From the NCBI GenBank assembly GCA_017380635.1, contig JAFODP010000008.1:49199-113198 (forward strand): DNA of 64,000 nucleotides, in the 5' to 3' direction. The notes below the pieces were generated by a model. The model saw only the letters and a list, made by a program, of their open reading frames with translations, ran no database searches and was not told the DNA's origin. Positions 1 to 9,786 of this stretch are shown here, piece by piece (the stretch's first letter is position 1; each line of letters starts with the position of its first letter). The position numbers were made by a program, and so were the translations under genes. The stretch comes from Bacteroidales bacterium. GTDB lineage: Bacteria; Bacteroidota; Bacteroidia; Bacteroidales; UBA1402.

Positions 1-411
1 GCCCAAAATACTACCCTTACTGCGCTCGCTACTGGGGTCGATAGCCAAAACAGCCAACTTCTTACCTTGACGTATCAAGCTCATTCCCAGCGCTTCGATG
101 GAGGTACTCTTTCCTGCTCCGGGCACACCGGTAATACCCCAACGCTCCGATTTTCCGGCATAAGGCAAACATCTTTCAATAATTTGGTCGGCAATTTCCT
201 GATGCGCCGGCAAAGTACTTTCTACCAAGGTAACTGCCTGACTGAGCATCACTTTATCTCCTGCCAGAATACCATTTACATATTCGTCTACCGTATACTG
301 ATGACGACGAATTTTCTTGCGATAAGGGTTTACGATAGGCAAACGTTCAACACCTTCGTTGACGGTCAAGCCCTGATAATGAGGATCGTTTTCGATATGT
401 TCTTGCATCAT
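1..411 (-). CDS. meaB: Methylmalonyl-CoA mutase-associated GTPase MeaB/ArgK, N-terminal 137 codons (3' end outside window)
   Basis: Absent from the ORF track because it runs off the window. My translation of the minus strand from ATG at 409-411 gives MMQEHIENDPHYQGL...WGITGVPGAGKSTSIEALG...LAVLAIDPSSERSKGSILG. This contains the Walker A loop and the DPSS..GSILG block typical of MeaB/ArgK G3E GTPases. Confidence 0.8.
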   Translation of the reverse strand, partial: MMQEHIENDPHYQGLTVNEGVERLPIVNPYRKKIRRHQYTVDEYVNGILAGDKVMLSQAVTLVESTLPAHQEIADQIIERCLPYAGKSERWGITGVPGAGKSTSIEALGMSLIRQGKKLAVLAIDPSSERSKGSILG

Positions 412-1472
412 TCTACTATGGTTGCGCTCACTGTGATACGATGAAGCGGATGCACAGGATCGTTGGTAATAACATCGACATAATATTTCACAGAAGACCT
501 CAACTTGGTGGCATCCAAGCGGAAAGTCAAATCGGCCGATTTGCCCACCGGAACAGCGTCTTTGGAGGCTTTCACTTGCAATTGCGCTGCCGGACAATCA
601 ATTTTGCGGATATACAGCGTTTCCGTACCCGTATTGGTCAGTTTAACAGAGAGTTCCGCCTGATTGCCTTTCTTCAGTTCGCCAAAATCGACAAGGGGAG
701 CCGTATAGTTTGCCACCGCTTTCTTGCTCGCGTTTTTCTTCTTGGAGAAATCTTCCTTCAGATAGGCATTAATCCTAATTTTTCCACTGAACTTTTGCGA
801 ACCTTCCACCGTCACATAAAAGAAATCTTCGCGACGACCGTAATCCTTGATATCACTGGCCACATAATTAACAGTGATGATAGCTGTTTCATCGGCTTCG
901 AGCACTGAATTGCTGACACTTACACGAATATGTTTGGGCACCGACTGGAAAGAAATCTTGACAGGCAAATCCTCGTTCTGATTGAACACAGGAATGGTTT
1001 CGGTACGTAGACTACCCAAAGTTACTTCACCCAGAAAAAGCTGATTGGAACGCAAACGCAATGGCCCGATTTCCTTGGGATACAAAGAAGCTGCCGTATT
1101 GTTACGACCTTCCACCGTGCCACGAATCGTCAGCGTATAAGTAGGTTGCGCTATCGCATTGCTATACACGGTAATGGTTTTGTTGAAATTGCCGGGACGA
1201 CCTTCGGTATTGTAAGCCACCTTGATGATAGCTGAATCGCCGGGCGCGATAGGCACTTTGGGATACTCCGGAGTGGTGCAGCCGCAAGAAGCCGTTACAC
1301 GACGGATGATAAGTGGCGCATCGCCGGTATTGGTCAGCACAAAATCGCCATAAACCTTACCTTCTTCGCGCACATTGCCATAGTTATACACATCGCTTTT
1401 GAAGCTGATTTCCTGCGCCATCAAGCACGAGCAAAACAGCAGCATCAAAGCACTACTCCAAAGTTTTTTCAT
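408..1472 (-). CDS. Secreted DUF1573-type (Ig-fold, PapD/HYDIN-like) repeat protein
   Basis: Signal peptide MKKLWSSALMLLFCSCLMA/QE. One canonical DUF1573 block (YNYGNV...FVLTNTGDAPLIIRRVTASCGCTTPEYP) and two further related blocks (e.g. VDFGELKKGNQAELSVKLTNTGTETLYIRKIDCP). The stop TGA overlaps the meaB ATG (ATGA at 408-411). Confidence 0.7.
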   Translation of the reverse strand: MKKLWSSALMLLFCSCLMAQEISFKSDVYNYGNVREEGKVYGDFVLTNTGDAPLIIRRVTASCGCTTPEYPKVPIAPGDSAIIKVAYNTEGRPGNFNKTITVYSNAIAQPTYTLTIRGTVEGRNNTAASLYPKEIGPLRLRSNQLFLGEVTLGSLRTETIPVFNQNEDLPVKISFQSVPKHIRVSVSNSVLEADETAIITVNYVASDIKDYGRREDFFYVTVEGSQKFSGKIRINAYLKEDFSKKKNASKKAVANYTAPLVDFGELKKGNQAELSVKLTNTGTETLYIRKIDCPAAQLQVKASKDAVPVGKSADLTFRLDATKLRSSVKYYVDVITNDPVHPLHRITVSATIVE

Positions 1473-1480
1473 TTCATTCT

Positions 1481-1960
1481 TTATTTTCTGACATAGCGAA
1501 CGTAAGAAAAAGCATAAGGCTCAGCGTCCAAATGATCTTCTCTTTCCACTTCCTGCCAAATATTCAAATCAATTTCAGGGAAAAATACATCAGCTTCGAA
1601 TTCATGGTGTATCCATGTGATGTACAATGTGTTGACATATTCCATTGCTTGACGGTAAACCATTGCGCCTCCCATAAAGAAAACCTTGTCGTCGTTCTTG
1701 CAAAGTTCCATGATTTCGGGGAATGAATGAGCCGTTTCGCAACCGGGAAAAGTTTTTTCTTCGGGAAACAACACGATGTTGCGACGATTGGGCAAAGCAC
1801 CTTTGGGCAAAGAATAGAAGGTATTGCTACCCATCACCACCGTATGTCCGCTCGTAATTTCCTTGAAATGTTTCAAATCCTGCGGCAAATGACAAAGCAA
1901 TTCGTTGTTCTTGCCAATGCCGTAATTCTTGGCAATAGCCACAATTGAAGCGATTTCCAT
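1481..1960 (-). CDS. folA: Dihydrofolate reductase
   Basis: 159 aa. The N-terminus IVAIAKNYGIGKNNELLCHLPQDLKHFKEITSGHTVVMGSNTFYSLP...LPNRRNIVL matches DHFR signature blocks. Confidence 0.9.
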   Translation of the reverse strand: MEIASIVAIAKNYGIGKNNELLCHLPQDLKHFKEITSGHTVVMGSNTFYSLPKGALPNRRNIVLFPEEKTFPGCETAHSFPEIMELCKNDDKVFFMGGAMVYRQAMEYVNTLYITWIHHEFEADVFFPEIDLNIWQEVEREDHLDAEPYAFSYVRYVRK

Positions 1961-1964
1961 GAGT

Positions 1965-2822
1965 TTAGAATTTTAATTGTTTAACGTAGTTGGTAAATTT
2001 TTCCGCATTATTGAGCTCGGCTTCTTTTTCTCCGGCAGATACCACTTTGGTTTTGTAATGTTTGCAAGGCTTAGAGATAAGCATCACTGCATTCTTGGTA
2101 ACTTTCTTCTGTTCCAAAGTGCCGGGCTTATACACCATACCTCCACCAATGTTGATAGGATTTTTGCTCACATCGGCCGGATGACGACCCCAGGTAGCAA
2201 TATGCGCTTCGTCGGTGAAGAGTTCTTTACCATCGTGGAAATTGACACCGGTAACGAACTGAACCTTACCGCCTTTCTTGCTGAAAGCTTCCACGATAGC
2301 TTCGCGCTGGCCATCAAGCATGGTAACACGAATAAGGATATCCACTTTCTTGTTCTTGTAAGGAATGCCTTTGGCCAACATTTCTGCCACAGCACCATTC
2401 TTGATTTTCTTCACACTGGCCGTACGACCTTCGGTAGCCGTCAGTTTAATCACTTCCTTGCCATCCCAAAGATTGTAACCGCCCAAACCCACGGTAGAAC
2501 CTACTTTATATTCGTCGCAGCCATAACCTTGAGCCTGCATTTCGAGCGTGGGATACCAATGTGCCGTTGCCAATTCCAATTGAGGTTTCTGCTTAGAATA
2601 TACATCGATAGAACCACTGTGGTTGAAGTAGATACGCAAAGCCATATAATCGTTTTCGACCGCCGGACCATGATGTCCCACCTTACGATACAAATCGCCT
2701 TCCGGACTGAAAATTTCACTCACCTGAACACTGTCAGAACGCCAGAAAAGGCTGATATCGGTTTGCGCGTTCATCGAGAACGCCATGATGGCCAACAAAG
2801 AGCCTACAATCATCTTTCTCAT
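1965..2822 (-). CDS. Secreted hypothetical protein (family not recognised)
   Basis: Signal peptide MRKMIVGSLLAIMAFSMNA/QT. Tight spacing with folA (4 nt) and argH (4 nt). No motif I can assign. Confidence 0.5.
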   Translation of the reverse strand: MRKMIVGSLLAIMAFSMNAQTDISLFWRSDSVQVSEIFSPEGDLYRKVGHHGPAVENDYMALRIYFNHSGSIDVYSKQKPQLELATAHWYPTLEMQAQGYGCDEYKVGSTVGLGGYNLWDGKEVIKLTATEGRTASVKKIKNGAVAEMLAKGIPYKNKKVDILIRVTMLDGQREAIVEAFSKKGGKVQFVTGVNFHDGKELFTDEAHIATWGRHPADVSKNPINIGGGMVYKPGTLEQKKVTKNAVMLISKPCKHYKTKVVSAGEKEAELNNAEKFTNYVKQLKF

Positions 2823-2826
2823 ATCA

Positions 2827-4164
2827 TTATGCTTTTAAAAGTTCTTTAATTGCTTGATTTACTTTATCAAAACCAAAATCTTCGTACACTTCCTGCATAC
2901 GCTGACGTATTGCCTCGTTGCACAAATTGCCAATGCTACCTTCGTGTGTGTGATGCACTTGCTTGTCCGTACGGAATGCTCCGGCCTCGATTTCCAAGCC
3001 CACCTGACGATAAGCTTCGCGGAAAGGCACGCCGGCCAACACGCGCTTGTTCACTTCTTCAACACTGAAAAGATAGAGATATTTATCGTCGGCAAGAATA
3101 TTTTCCTTCACTTGCAATTTCGACATCATGGCAGCCGTCATGTTCAGACAATCGATCAATTCGTCGAAAGAAGGCAGGAAGACTTCCTTGATAATCTGCA
3201 AATCGCGGAAATAACCCGAAGGCAAATTCTGGATAATGCTGGAAATCTGCTGCGGAATAGCCTGAATCTTATTGCATTTGGCGCGCGTCAGTTCGAAAAC
3301 ATCGGGATTCTTTTTGTGCGGCATGATGCTAGATCCCGTGGTAAATTCGGCCGGCAAACGAATAAAATCGAAATTCTGCGAATTGAACATACAAGCATCG
3401 AAAGCCAATTTGGAAACAGTTCCCGCCATAGCCGCCAAAGCAAAAGCCGTCAGACGTTCCATCTTGCCACGGCCCATCTGCGCATACACCACGTTATAGT
3501 TAAGACCCTCGAAACCAAGCAAATCGGTCGTCATCTGGCGATTCAGCGGGAAAGACGAGCCATAACCGGCGGCCGAGCCCAAAGGATTACGATTGCAGAT
3601 TTTGTACACCGACTGCAGCAGCTGCATATCGTCCACCAAAGATTCCGCGTAAGCACCAAACCACAAGCCGAAAGACGATGGCATGGCAATCTGCAAATGC
3701 GTATAACCCGGCATCAATACCTCGCGATAACGCTCGCTTTGCTCGCTGAGCACCTGGAAAAGATGCATCGCCGCCTGCGCCACTTCTTCTATCTTGGCAC
3801 GCATAAACAAACGCAAATCCACCAACACCTGATCGTTGCGCGAACGACCGCTGTGAATCTTCTTGCCCATATCACCCAAAGCGCGGGTCAGTTGCAATTC
3901 CACCTGAGAATGAACATCTTCCACGCCTGCCTCGATACAAAAATCGCCCGCTTTGATCTGGGCATGAATCTTGCGCAATTCATCCAAAAGTACAGGCAAT
4001 TCTTCGCTCTCGATAAGACCGATACTTTCCAACATACGAATATGCGCCATCGAGCCAAGCACATCGTACTCAGCCAGATACATATCCATTTCCGTATCAC
4101 GACCCACTGTAAAGCGTTCGATATCTTTATCAACAACCGTATTTTTCTGCCAAAGTTTATTCAT
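2827..4164 (-). CDS. argH: Argininosuccinate lyase
   Basis: 445 aa. Fumarate-lyase superfamily blocks GYTHLQIAMPSSFGLW and GSSIMPHKKNPDVFE. The N-terminus KLW...RF is typical of ArgH. Confidence 0.92.
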   Translation of the reverse strand: MNKLWQKNTVVDKDIERFTVGRDTEMDMYLAEYDVLGSMAHIRMLESIGLIESEELPVLLDELRKIHAQIKAGDFCIEAGVEDVHSQVELQLTRALGDMGKKIHSGRSRNDQVLVDLRLFMRAKIEEVAQAAMHLFQVLSEQSERYREVLMPGYTHLQIAMPSSFGLWFGAYAESLVDDMQLLQSVYKICNRNPLGSAAGYGSSFPLNRQMTTDLLGFEGLNYNVVYAQMGRGKMERLTAFALAAMAGTVSKLAFDACMFNSQNFDFIRLPAEFTTGSSIMPHKKNPDVFELTRAKCNKIQAIPQQISSIIQNLPSGYFRDLQIIKEVFLPSFDELIDCLNMTAAMMSKLQVKENILADDKYLYLFSVEEVNKRVLAGVPFREAYRQVGLEIEAGAFRTDKQVHHTHEGSIGNLCNEAIRQRMQEVYEDFGFDKVNQAIKELLKA

Positions 4165-4178
4165 CGTCTAAAATTCTA

Positions 4179-4595
4179 TCAGTAAGGCAAATGTGCCAAA
4201 GTTTCGGCAATCTTGTCCATTCCTTCCTGCAAAGGTTTGGAAACCATAGCCTTCAACATAAAAGGAATATCAGCTCTAAGTGTCAGTTTGATATAGCAAG
4301 AGGCCTCGTCTTTTTCCTTGATCTGTATCCAAAGCGTAAAGGCAATGGGCGAAGCTTCCGAACTGATCTTGATGGTTTTGAAAGGCTCGCGATCGATAAT
4401 ACGCAACGCGATTTTTCCCACGCCCATCGCATTCACCTGAAAGCTACAAGAATCGGCATCGTACTGAAAATCCTGCACTTTATCGCTCGGTAAAAGCGGA
4501 GCCACCTGCGCAAGATTGTTCCAATCGGACAACTTGGCATAGACATCCTGCGCCGGAGCGTTAATATATTTTATCGGACTGACAAATTCGTTCAT
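4179..4595 (-). CDS. SRPBCC (START/polyketide-cyclase-like) family protein
   Basis: 138 aa with the size and pattern of an SRPBCC ligand-binding fold (INAPAQDVYAKLSDWNNL...). Assignment by overall resemblance only. Confidence 0.5.
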   Translation of the reverse strand: MNEFVSPIKYINAPAQDVYAKLSDWNNLAQVAPLLPSDKVQDFQYDADSCSFQVNAMGVGKIALRIIDREPFKTIKISSEASPIAFTLWIQIKEKDEASCYIKLTLRADIPFMLKAMVSKPLQEGMDKIAETLAHLPY

Positions 4596-4597
4596 AA

Positions 4598-5254
4598 TCA
4601 GATACCCCAGTTGGCGGGATCTTTACGCCATTCTTTCAAAGTTTCCACATCGGAAGCAGCAATATAGTTGGTTTCAACAGCAGCTTCCAGCACCGCATTG
4701 TAATTGCTCAAAGTGGTCAGAGTAACACCGGCTTCTTTGAATTGTTGTTCGGCCAAGGGGAAACCATAAGTAAAGTTGGCCACCATACCCAAAACTTCGC
4801 AACCTGCTTGACGCAAAGCATCTACAGCCTTCAAACTACTCATACCGGTAGAGATCAAGTCTTCAATAACCACCACTTTTTCACCGGCTTTCAATTCTCC
4901 TTCAATTTGGTTGCCCATACCATGATCCTTGGGCTTGGGACGAACATAAGCAAAAGGCATCGACAATTCTTCGGCCACCATGGCACCTTGCGCAATGGCA
5001 CCGGTAGCCACACCGGCAATAGCCGTTGCTTCGGGATAAAGTTCGCGCACCAAACGAGCCAATTCAATCTTGATGAGGTTACGCACGAAAGGATAAGCCA
5101 AGGTTTTACGGTTGTCGCAATAAATGGGCGATTTCCATCCGCTGGCCCAAGTGAAAGGATTTTCGGGTTGCAATTTTACAGCCTTGATTGCCAGCAACTT
5201 TTCGGCAATCATTTTTTCTACAGTTTTCATATTTCTACTAGTTTGATTTGACAT
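4598..5254 (-). CDS. pyrE: Orotate phosphoribosyltransferase
   Basis: KAVKLQPENPFTWASGWKSPIYCDNRKTL and the PRPP loop VVVIEDLISTGMSS. The internal ATG at 5230 (MKTVEKMIAEKLL) is a plausible alternative start. Confidence 0.9.
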   Translation of the reverse strand: MSNQTSRNMKTVEKMIAEKLLAIKAVKLQPENPFTWASGWKSPIYCDNRKTLAYPFVRNLIKIELARLVRELYPEATAIAGVATGAIAQGAMVAEELSMPFAYVRPKPKDHGMGNQIEGELKAGEKVVVIEDLISTGMSSLKAVDALRQAGCEVLGMVANFTYGFPLAEQQFKEAGVTLTTLSNYNAVLEAAVETNYIAASDVETLKEWRKDPANWGI

Positions 5255-5294
5255 TTTTTATAGAGGTGCAAAAATAACAATTCTTTTTGCGATA

Positions 5295-5981
5295 TCAAGC
5301 CAAAGCCAAAGCAAAAAAACTCAGTTTTGCAGGATTCGCTCGCCAAAGTTCACGACCGCAAGCACTCAGACTCGCTCCGGTAGTCAAAACATCGTCCACC
5401 AAAAGCACATGCTTGCCACTCAAATTAGCTTCAGGAAGTAGCGCAAACACCTCATTCACACTCTCTTGTCGTTGCCAACGATTTTTTCGCGTCTGCGTAT
5501 CGGTAGCCTTGACACGCCGTACAATATTTTCATCTACCGGCAAAGCACTGAGCGAAGACAAGGCCTGCGCAATACAAGCAGCCTGGTTGTAACCTCTCAT
5601 TTTCAATTTCTTATCGTGCAAAGGCAATGGCACAATAACATCTATATCATCGAAAAAAGATTGTTGATACAAAGGCCGCGCCGCCACTTTGGCCAAATAA
5701 TAAGCCAAGTCTTTGTTTCCCTGATATTTAAAAGATTCGAACAAAGTTTGCACACTCGATTCTTTCTGATAACGCAAAGCCGCCACCGCCTTGTCAAAAG
5801 GCAAACGTCCGGCCAATCGTGCCACCGCCTCATTTTCACGAAAAGAAGCATATGATAAATGGGGCAAATGATACAGACAGGACAGGCAGATATGTGTTTC
5901 TGTTTCCAAAAGCGGTCGTCCGCACACCAAGCAACAAGGCGGATACCAAAGGTCTAAAAATCGTCTGAAAAGTTGATACAT
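5295..5981 (-). CDS. comF: ComF family protein (phosphoribosyltransferase-fold competence protein)
   Basis: N-terminal Cys cluster YPPCCLVCG...HICLSCL and C-terminal PRT loop VLLVDDVLTTGASL. The ATG at 5981 overlaps the recX 3' end by 28 nt. Confidence 0.8.
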   Translation of the reverse strand: MYQLFRRFLDLWYPPCCLVCGRPLLETETHICLSCLYHLPHLSYASFRENEAVARLAGRLPFDKAVAALRYQKESSVQTLFESFKYQGNKDLAYYLAKVAARPLYQQSFFDDIDVIVPLPLHDKKLKMRGYNQAACIAQALSSLSALPVDENIVRRVKATDTQTRKNRWQRQESVNEVFALLPEANLSGKHVLLVDDVLTTGASLSACGRELWRANPAKLSFFALALA

Positions 5982-6415
5982 TGTCGGATGTGTTCTGGCT
6001 CAAAGCCGCGTCCATAAGCGAATCTGAGCAATTTCATGGTATATTCGTAATCGTTTTTCGCGGTAATTTTCTTTTGTTTTTCCTGCAGCAAATGCCTCAG
6101 CAGCTGCATATATTCTTCATGAGGAATTTCTTCCAAGGCATTTTGAATATTTTGATCACTTATTCGCTTCATTCTCAGCGCTTGAGCTATTTTCAAACGT
6201 CCCCAATGCGCAAAGCGAAACTGATCCATGGCATAAGAGCGAGCGTAGCGAGCTTCGTCCAGATATTTCTCTTGCTCCAAATAAGCTATAAGTCGCTGTG
6301 TTTCAGCCGACGACAATTCATACTTATCCAGTTTGGCCAAGACATCGGCAGCACAATGTTCCGACTTGGAACAATAAGCGGCCGCCCAAGACAATGCATC
6401 GTTATACGCACTCAT
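5954..6415 (-). CDS. recX: Regulatory protein RecX
   Basis: Helical repeats YCSKSEHCAADVLAKLDKYELS...IAYLEQEKYLDEARYARSYA...GRLKIAQALRMKRI. Start taken at ATG 6415, which forms ATGA with the prmC stop. The track's longer ORF to 6469 looks like an extension. Confidence 0.8.
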   Translation of the reverse strand: MSAYNDALSWAAAYCSKSEHCAADVLAKLDKYELSSAETQRLIAYLEQEKYLDEARYARSYAMDQFRFAHWGRLKIAQALRMKRISDQNIQNALEEIPHEEYMQLLRHLLQEKQKKITAKNDYEYTMKLLRFAYGRGFEPEHIRQCINFSDDF

Positions 6416-7251
6416 AGACAAACTTTTATCATTCTGTCGCGTCCCGATAAATCTTGACGCAAAACACATTCTCTATAACCAGCCCTACGGAAAACATCGA
6501 GCGTTGCTTCGCCGAACAACTCATTGATTTCCACATACAAACAGCCATTTTCCCTCAAAGCACGACGACCCAACTGCGCCAAAGCCTCGTAATATTTCAG
6601 GGCATCATCGTCGGGAACAAAGAGCGCCAAATGCGATTCGTGCGACAGAACATTTTCTTGCATATCAGCCGCTTGACTCTGACAAACATAAGGCGGATTA
6701 CTTACAATAATATCGTATTTTTTCGGCAAATCGAGCGTAAGCGCCTCAAATAAATCCTGATGATGAACATCGACACAAGCGCCCAAAGCGGCAGCATTTT
6801 CAGCACTGAGCGACAAAGCCTGCGGCAGAATATCCCAAGCTTCCACCTGCAAACTTGTATGCAAAGCCAAAGACACTGCTATACAGCCACTTCCAGTTCC
6901 AACATCCAAAAGAAAACCCCTACAACCGGCTTGCTCTTTAACTATCCAATCGACCAGTTCTTCGGTTTCGGGACGCGGAATAAGCACCGGCGGACGCGTC
7001 TTGAAAATTGCGCCATAAAACTCACATTCCCCCAAGATATATTGCAAAGGTTCGCCCTGCGACAATCGCACCAAAGCGCCCTGCAGAGACTTGCGCTGTT
7101 CTTCGGAAATATTTATATCTTTGCCGGCGTAAAAATCGCTGGAGGAACAGTGGCAGAAATGCTGCAGCAAACACTTCGACAAAGCCCTGATTTCGCGGCT
7201 GTCGTAGCGTGATTGCAAACTTTCCTGAGCAAGAGATAATATCGTTTTCAT
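6412..7251 (-). CDS. prmC: Peptide chain release factor N5-glutamine methyltransferase
   Basis: SAM motif LDVGTGSGCIA and catalytic IVSNPPY. The track start at 7272 is a TTG codon, so ATG at 7251 (MKTILSLAQ) is preferred. Confidence 0.88.
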   Translation of the reverse strand: MKTILSLAQESLQSRYDSREIRALSKCLLQHFCHCSSSDFYAGKDINISEEQRKSLQGALVRLSQGEPLQYILGECEFYGAIFKTRPPVLIPRPETEELVDWIVKEQAGCRGFLLDVGTGSGCIAVSLALHTSLQVEAWDILPQALSLSAENAAALGACVDVHHQDLFEALTLDLPKKYDIIVSNPPYVCQSQAADMQENVLSHESHLALFVPDDDALKYYEALAQLGRRALRENGCLYVEINELFGEATLDVFRRAGYRECVLRQDLSGRDRMIKVCL

Positions 7252-7277
7252 ATCGCCGATTTTAGAGTACAAACATA

Positions 7278-8363
7278 ATGCTTCAAGCCCCGATTTCCAA
7301 GTCTGAAGAAGACAAAATTTTCATGCAGCGTTGCCTTCAACTGGCCTATCATGCTGTGGATACTGCCGCCCCCAATCCTATGGTGGGAGCCGTGGTGGTG
7401 CATCAAGGAAAAATTATCGGAGAAGGCTGGCATCGCAAGGCCGGACAGCCTCACGCGGAGCCCAATGCCATCAGAAGCGTCAAAAACCAATCATTACTCA
7501 AAGAATCAACACTTTACGTCAGTCTGGAACCTTGCTCGCATTATGGCAAGACACCACCTTGCGCCGACCTTATCATCGAGAAAGGAATCCCGCGTGTGGT
7601 CATTGGCTGCGAAGACCCATTCCCTGAGGTTAGCGGTAGAGGCATTCGAAAATTGCAAGAAGCTGGTATCGAAGTAGTTGTCGGCGTAGAGCGAGAAGCG
7701 TGTCTTCAACTGAACAGAGCCTTCATCACCTACCATCTACAGCATCGTCCGTACATCACTTTGAAGTGGGCTCAGACGGCCGACAGCAAGATAGACCGCA
7801 TCCGCGAACCGCAAGAAAGCGCCTTGCAAATTTCCGACCATTACACCGCCATGATGGTACACAAACTACGCCACGAAAGCGATGCTATTCTGGTGGGCCG
7901 AAACACCGTCTACATGGACAATCCATCTTTATCCATACGTCATTGGCCATCGGAAAACAAGCCTCTTCGCATCCTTTTCGACCGCAACAATCAACTTTCT
8001 GCCCAAGCCAAGATTTTCGACGGCAGTCAGGCTTCGCTGATTTTCACAGAACAAGCCTCGAAACAGGAAGAAAACAACGAATGGATACAGGCTTACACCT
8101 GGCCCGAAATCATGGAAATTTTGTACCGAAAAGGCATTCAAAGGCTTTTGGTGGAAGGCGGCAGAAAAATCCATCAATCTCTGATAGACAGCAACTTGTG
8201 GGACGAGATTCAAATAGAGACCGCGCCATTCGAGATAGGCGATGGCATCGATGCTCCTCAACTGCATTTGACTGAGAAAAAAGACGATTTCATCATCGTC
8301 CAAAAACAGGCCGGAAGTTCCGATAGACAGATATGCCACATCGTCCGCAAAATTTATAAGTAG
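7278..8363 (+). CDS. ribD: Bifunctional riboflavin biosynthesis protein RibD (deaminase/reductase)
   Basis: Deaminase zinc motifs HAEPNAI and PCSHYGKTPPCA, followed by the reductase domain (ITLKWAQTADSKI...LLVEGG). Confidence 0.9.
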   Translation: MLQAPISKSEEDKIFMQRCLQLAYHAVDTAAPNPMVGAVVVHQGKIIGEGWHRKAGQPHAEPNAIRSVKNQSLLKESTLYVSLEPCSHYGKTPPCADLIIEKGIPRVVIGCEDPFPEVSGRGIRKLQEAGIEVVVGVEREACLQLNRAFITYHLQHRPYITLKWAQTADSKIDRIREPQESALQISDHYTAMMVHKLRHESDAILVGRNTVYMDNPSLSIRHWPSENKPLRILFDRNNQLSAQAKIFDGSQASLIFTEQASKQEENNEWIQAYTWPEIMEILYRKGIQRLLVEGGRKIHQSLIDSNLWDEIQIETAPFEIGDGIDAPQLHLTEKKDDFIIVQKQAGSSDRQICHIVRKIYK

Positions 8364-8446
8364 ATACATACCTAATATAAAAAAATTCACTATCTTTGCG
8401 CCTTATTATGCAAAAATCGCACACACCATCAAAAACCAAAAGATAG

Positions 8447-9766
8447 ATGAATCAGTTTTATACAGTGACAAAGAGTATCGTTATCATATTGAGCCTTTGT
8501 ATTTTATCCATTTTTTACAGCGCTTGTAACAAAAGTCGCGACAACGATTACAACCCGGCCGAAGTGAGCCATTTCGGATTCGACTCTTTCCCGAAATTCA
8601 AAGAATACGCTTTTTACATCGACAACTTCGGTAATCAGATCTACAACAAGGATTCATTTCCTTTTCAGTCGGATGTAGATTCGTTATTCCCCTCGATTAC
8701 AACACTTTCCACCAACGACAAAATCACCATCGACGGAGAAGCCTGGAAAGACAAAGGTATCCGCGATTGGAGCACGGGCGGTCCTTTCGAGTTGGTAAAC
8801 CATTCAGAAGACGGCACTTACACTAAAACTTACCAAGTGTATGTAAACATCCATCAAGTGGATCCCGATTCGATGCGTTCCAAAGAAATTGCAGGACAAT
8901 ATCCCGCCTACGAAGGTCAGCAAAAATTGCTGCAAGTAGGTGATTATCTGCATTGTTTCTATATCAACAGTCAGGACAACAGCTTGGTTCATTATCAATC
9001 GGGCGATGCCATGCAATGGTCGGCAGCCGCCGCAGCCAAGGGTTTGGAAGGCGAGATTCTTGTTGCTTCACTTTGCGCTTATCAGGATAGTTTCTATGTT
9101 ATCAACAAAAGCGGCGCGATGTTTGCCAGCAGCGATTTCATTCAATGGAACAAAAGCAGTCTAGCTTACAAAGTAATCGATCTTCACGGAGAATTACGCG
9201 GCAGAAAACATTTGAGCAACAATGCCCTGATTGGTATCGTGGAAGCCAGCGACGGCACTTGGCATTTTGCCCGCTACGAACAATCCTGGACACTGGGCGA
9301 CGTGGTTCCCGCCGATTTCCCCATCAGTGAATACGCTTCCGTACAGAGTACCACCGTTACCGATGTAGATTTTATCGTCATCACCACCGGCCTGACACGC
9401 GACAGCGCTTACGCTCAAAGCACTTGGTCGAGCATGGATGGTTTGTATTGGGCGCGCATCTCCAACAACGAAAGCAACGATTTACTCTTGCGCGGCGCTT
9501 GCATGTTTTATTACGACAGCAACTTGTATTTGTTGGGCGGAGCCAACGAGAATGGTGCGTACAAAGAACTGTATATCTCTGAAAACCACGGCATCAACTG
9601 GGAATTGGCCGAAAGCCGCAAGCAATTGAAAGCCATCACAACTCCGTTGACCAACGCACAGATTATCAGCGACGAAAACTACATCTATGTATTCGGCGGC
9701 AACGAAGGAAGCGACAAGAAAATCTGGCAAGCCTGGTTGAACCGCATGTTGTTTGAACAAAAATAA
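8447..9766 (+). CDS. Lipoprotein with Kelch-like beta-propeller repeats (function unknown)
   Basis: Lipobox LSIFYSAC/NKS. C-terminal blocks LYLLGGANENGAYKELY and IYVFGGNEGSDKKIW resemble Kelch repeats. A TATCTTTG box lies at 8391-8398. Confidence 0.55.
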   Translation: MNQFYTVTKSIVIILSLCILSIFYSACNKSRDNDYNPAEVSHFGFDSFPKFKEYAFYIDNFGNQIYNKDSFPFQSDVDSLFPSITTLSTNDKITIDGEAWKDKGIRDWSTGGPFELVNHSEDGTYTKTYQVYVNIHQVDPDSMRSKEIAGQYPAYEGQQKLLQVGDYLHCFYINSQDNSLVHYQSGDAMQWSAAAAAKGLEGEILVASLCAYQDSFYVINKSGAMFASSDFIQWNKSSLAYKVIDLHGELRGRKHLSNNALIGIVEASDGTWHFARYEQSWTLGDVVPADFPISEYASVQSTTVTDVDFIVITTGLTRDSAYAQSTWSSMDGLYWARISNNESNDLLLRGACMFYYDSNLYLLGGANENGAYKELYISENHGINWELAESRKQLKAITTPLTNAQIISDENYIYVFGGNEGSDKKIWQAWLNRMLFEQK

Positions 9767-9786
9767 TTTCGCAAAAGTTATTCCGC

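Noticed and set aside
2854-4185. A 443-aa ORF antisense to argH. Similar near-full-length antisense ORFs lie opposite many core genes: 1977-2849, 26106-27200 (metK), 56228-57493 (ispG), 53559-54617 (rpoN), 17497-18471 and 18568-19716 (DUF2723), 49351-50586 (ABC), 37326-38360 (rluB), 30977-31618 (purD), 42476-43972 (ribF) and 58659-60431 (TamL).
   Set aside because: In the four cases I checked (argH, DUF1573, metK, ispG) the antisense ORF is in exact codon register with the sense gene. It therefore only requires the sense gene to avoid TTA, CTA and TCA codons, which is a codon-bias shadow. The translations are low-complexity and motif-free, while the sense strands carry unmistakable family motifs.
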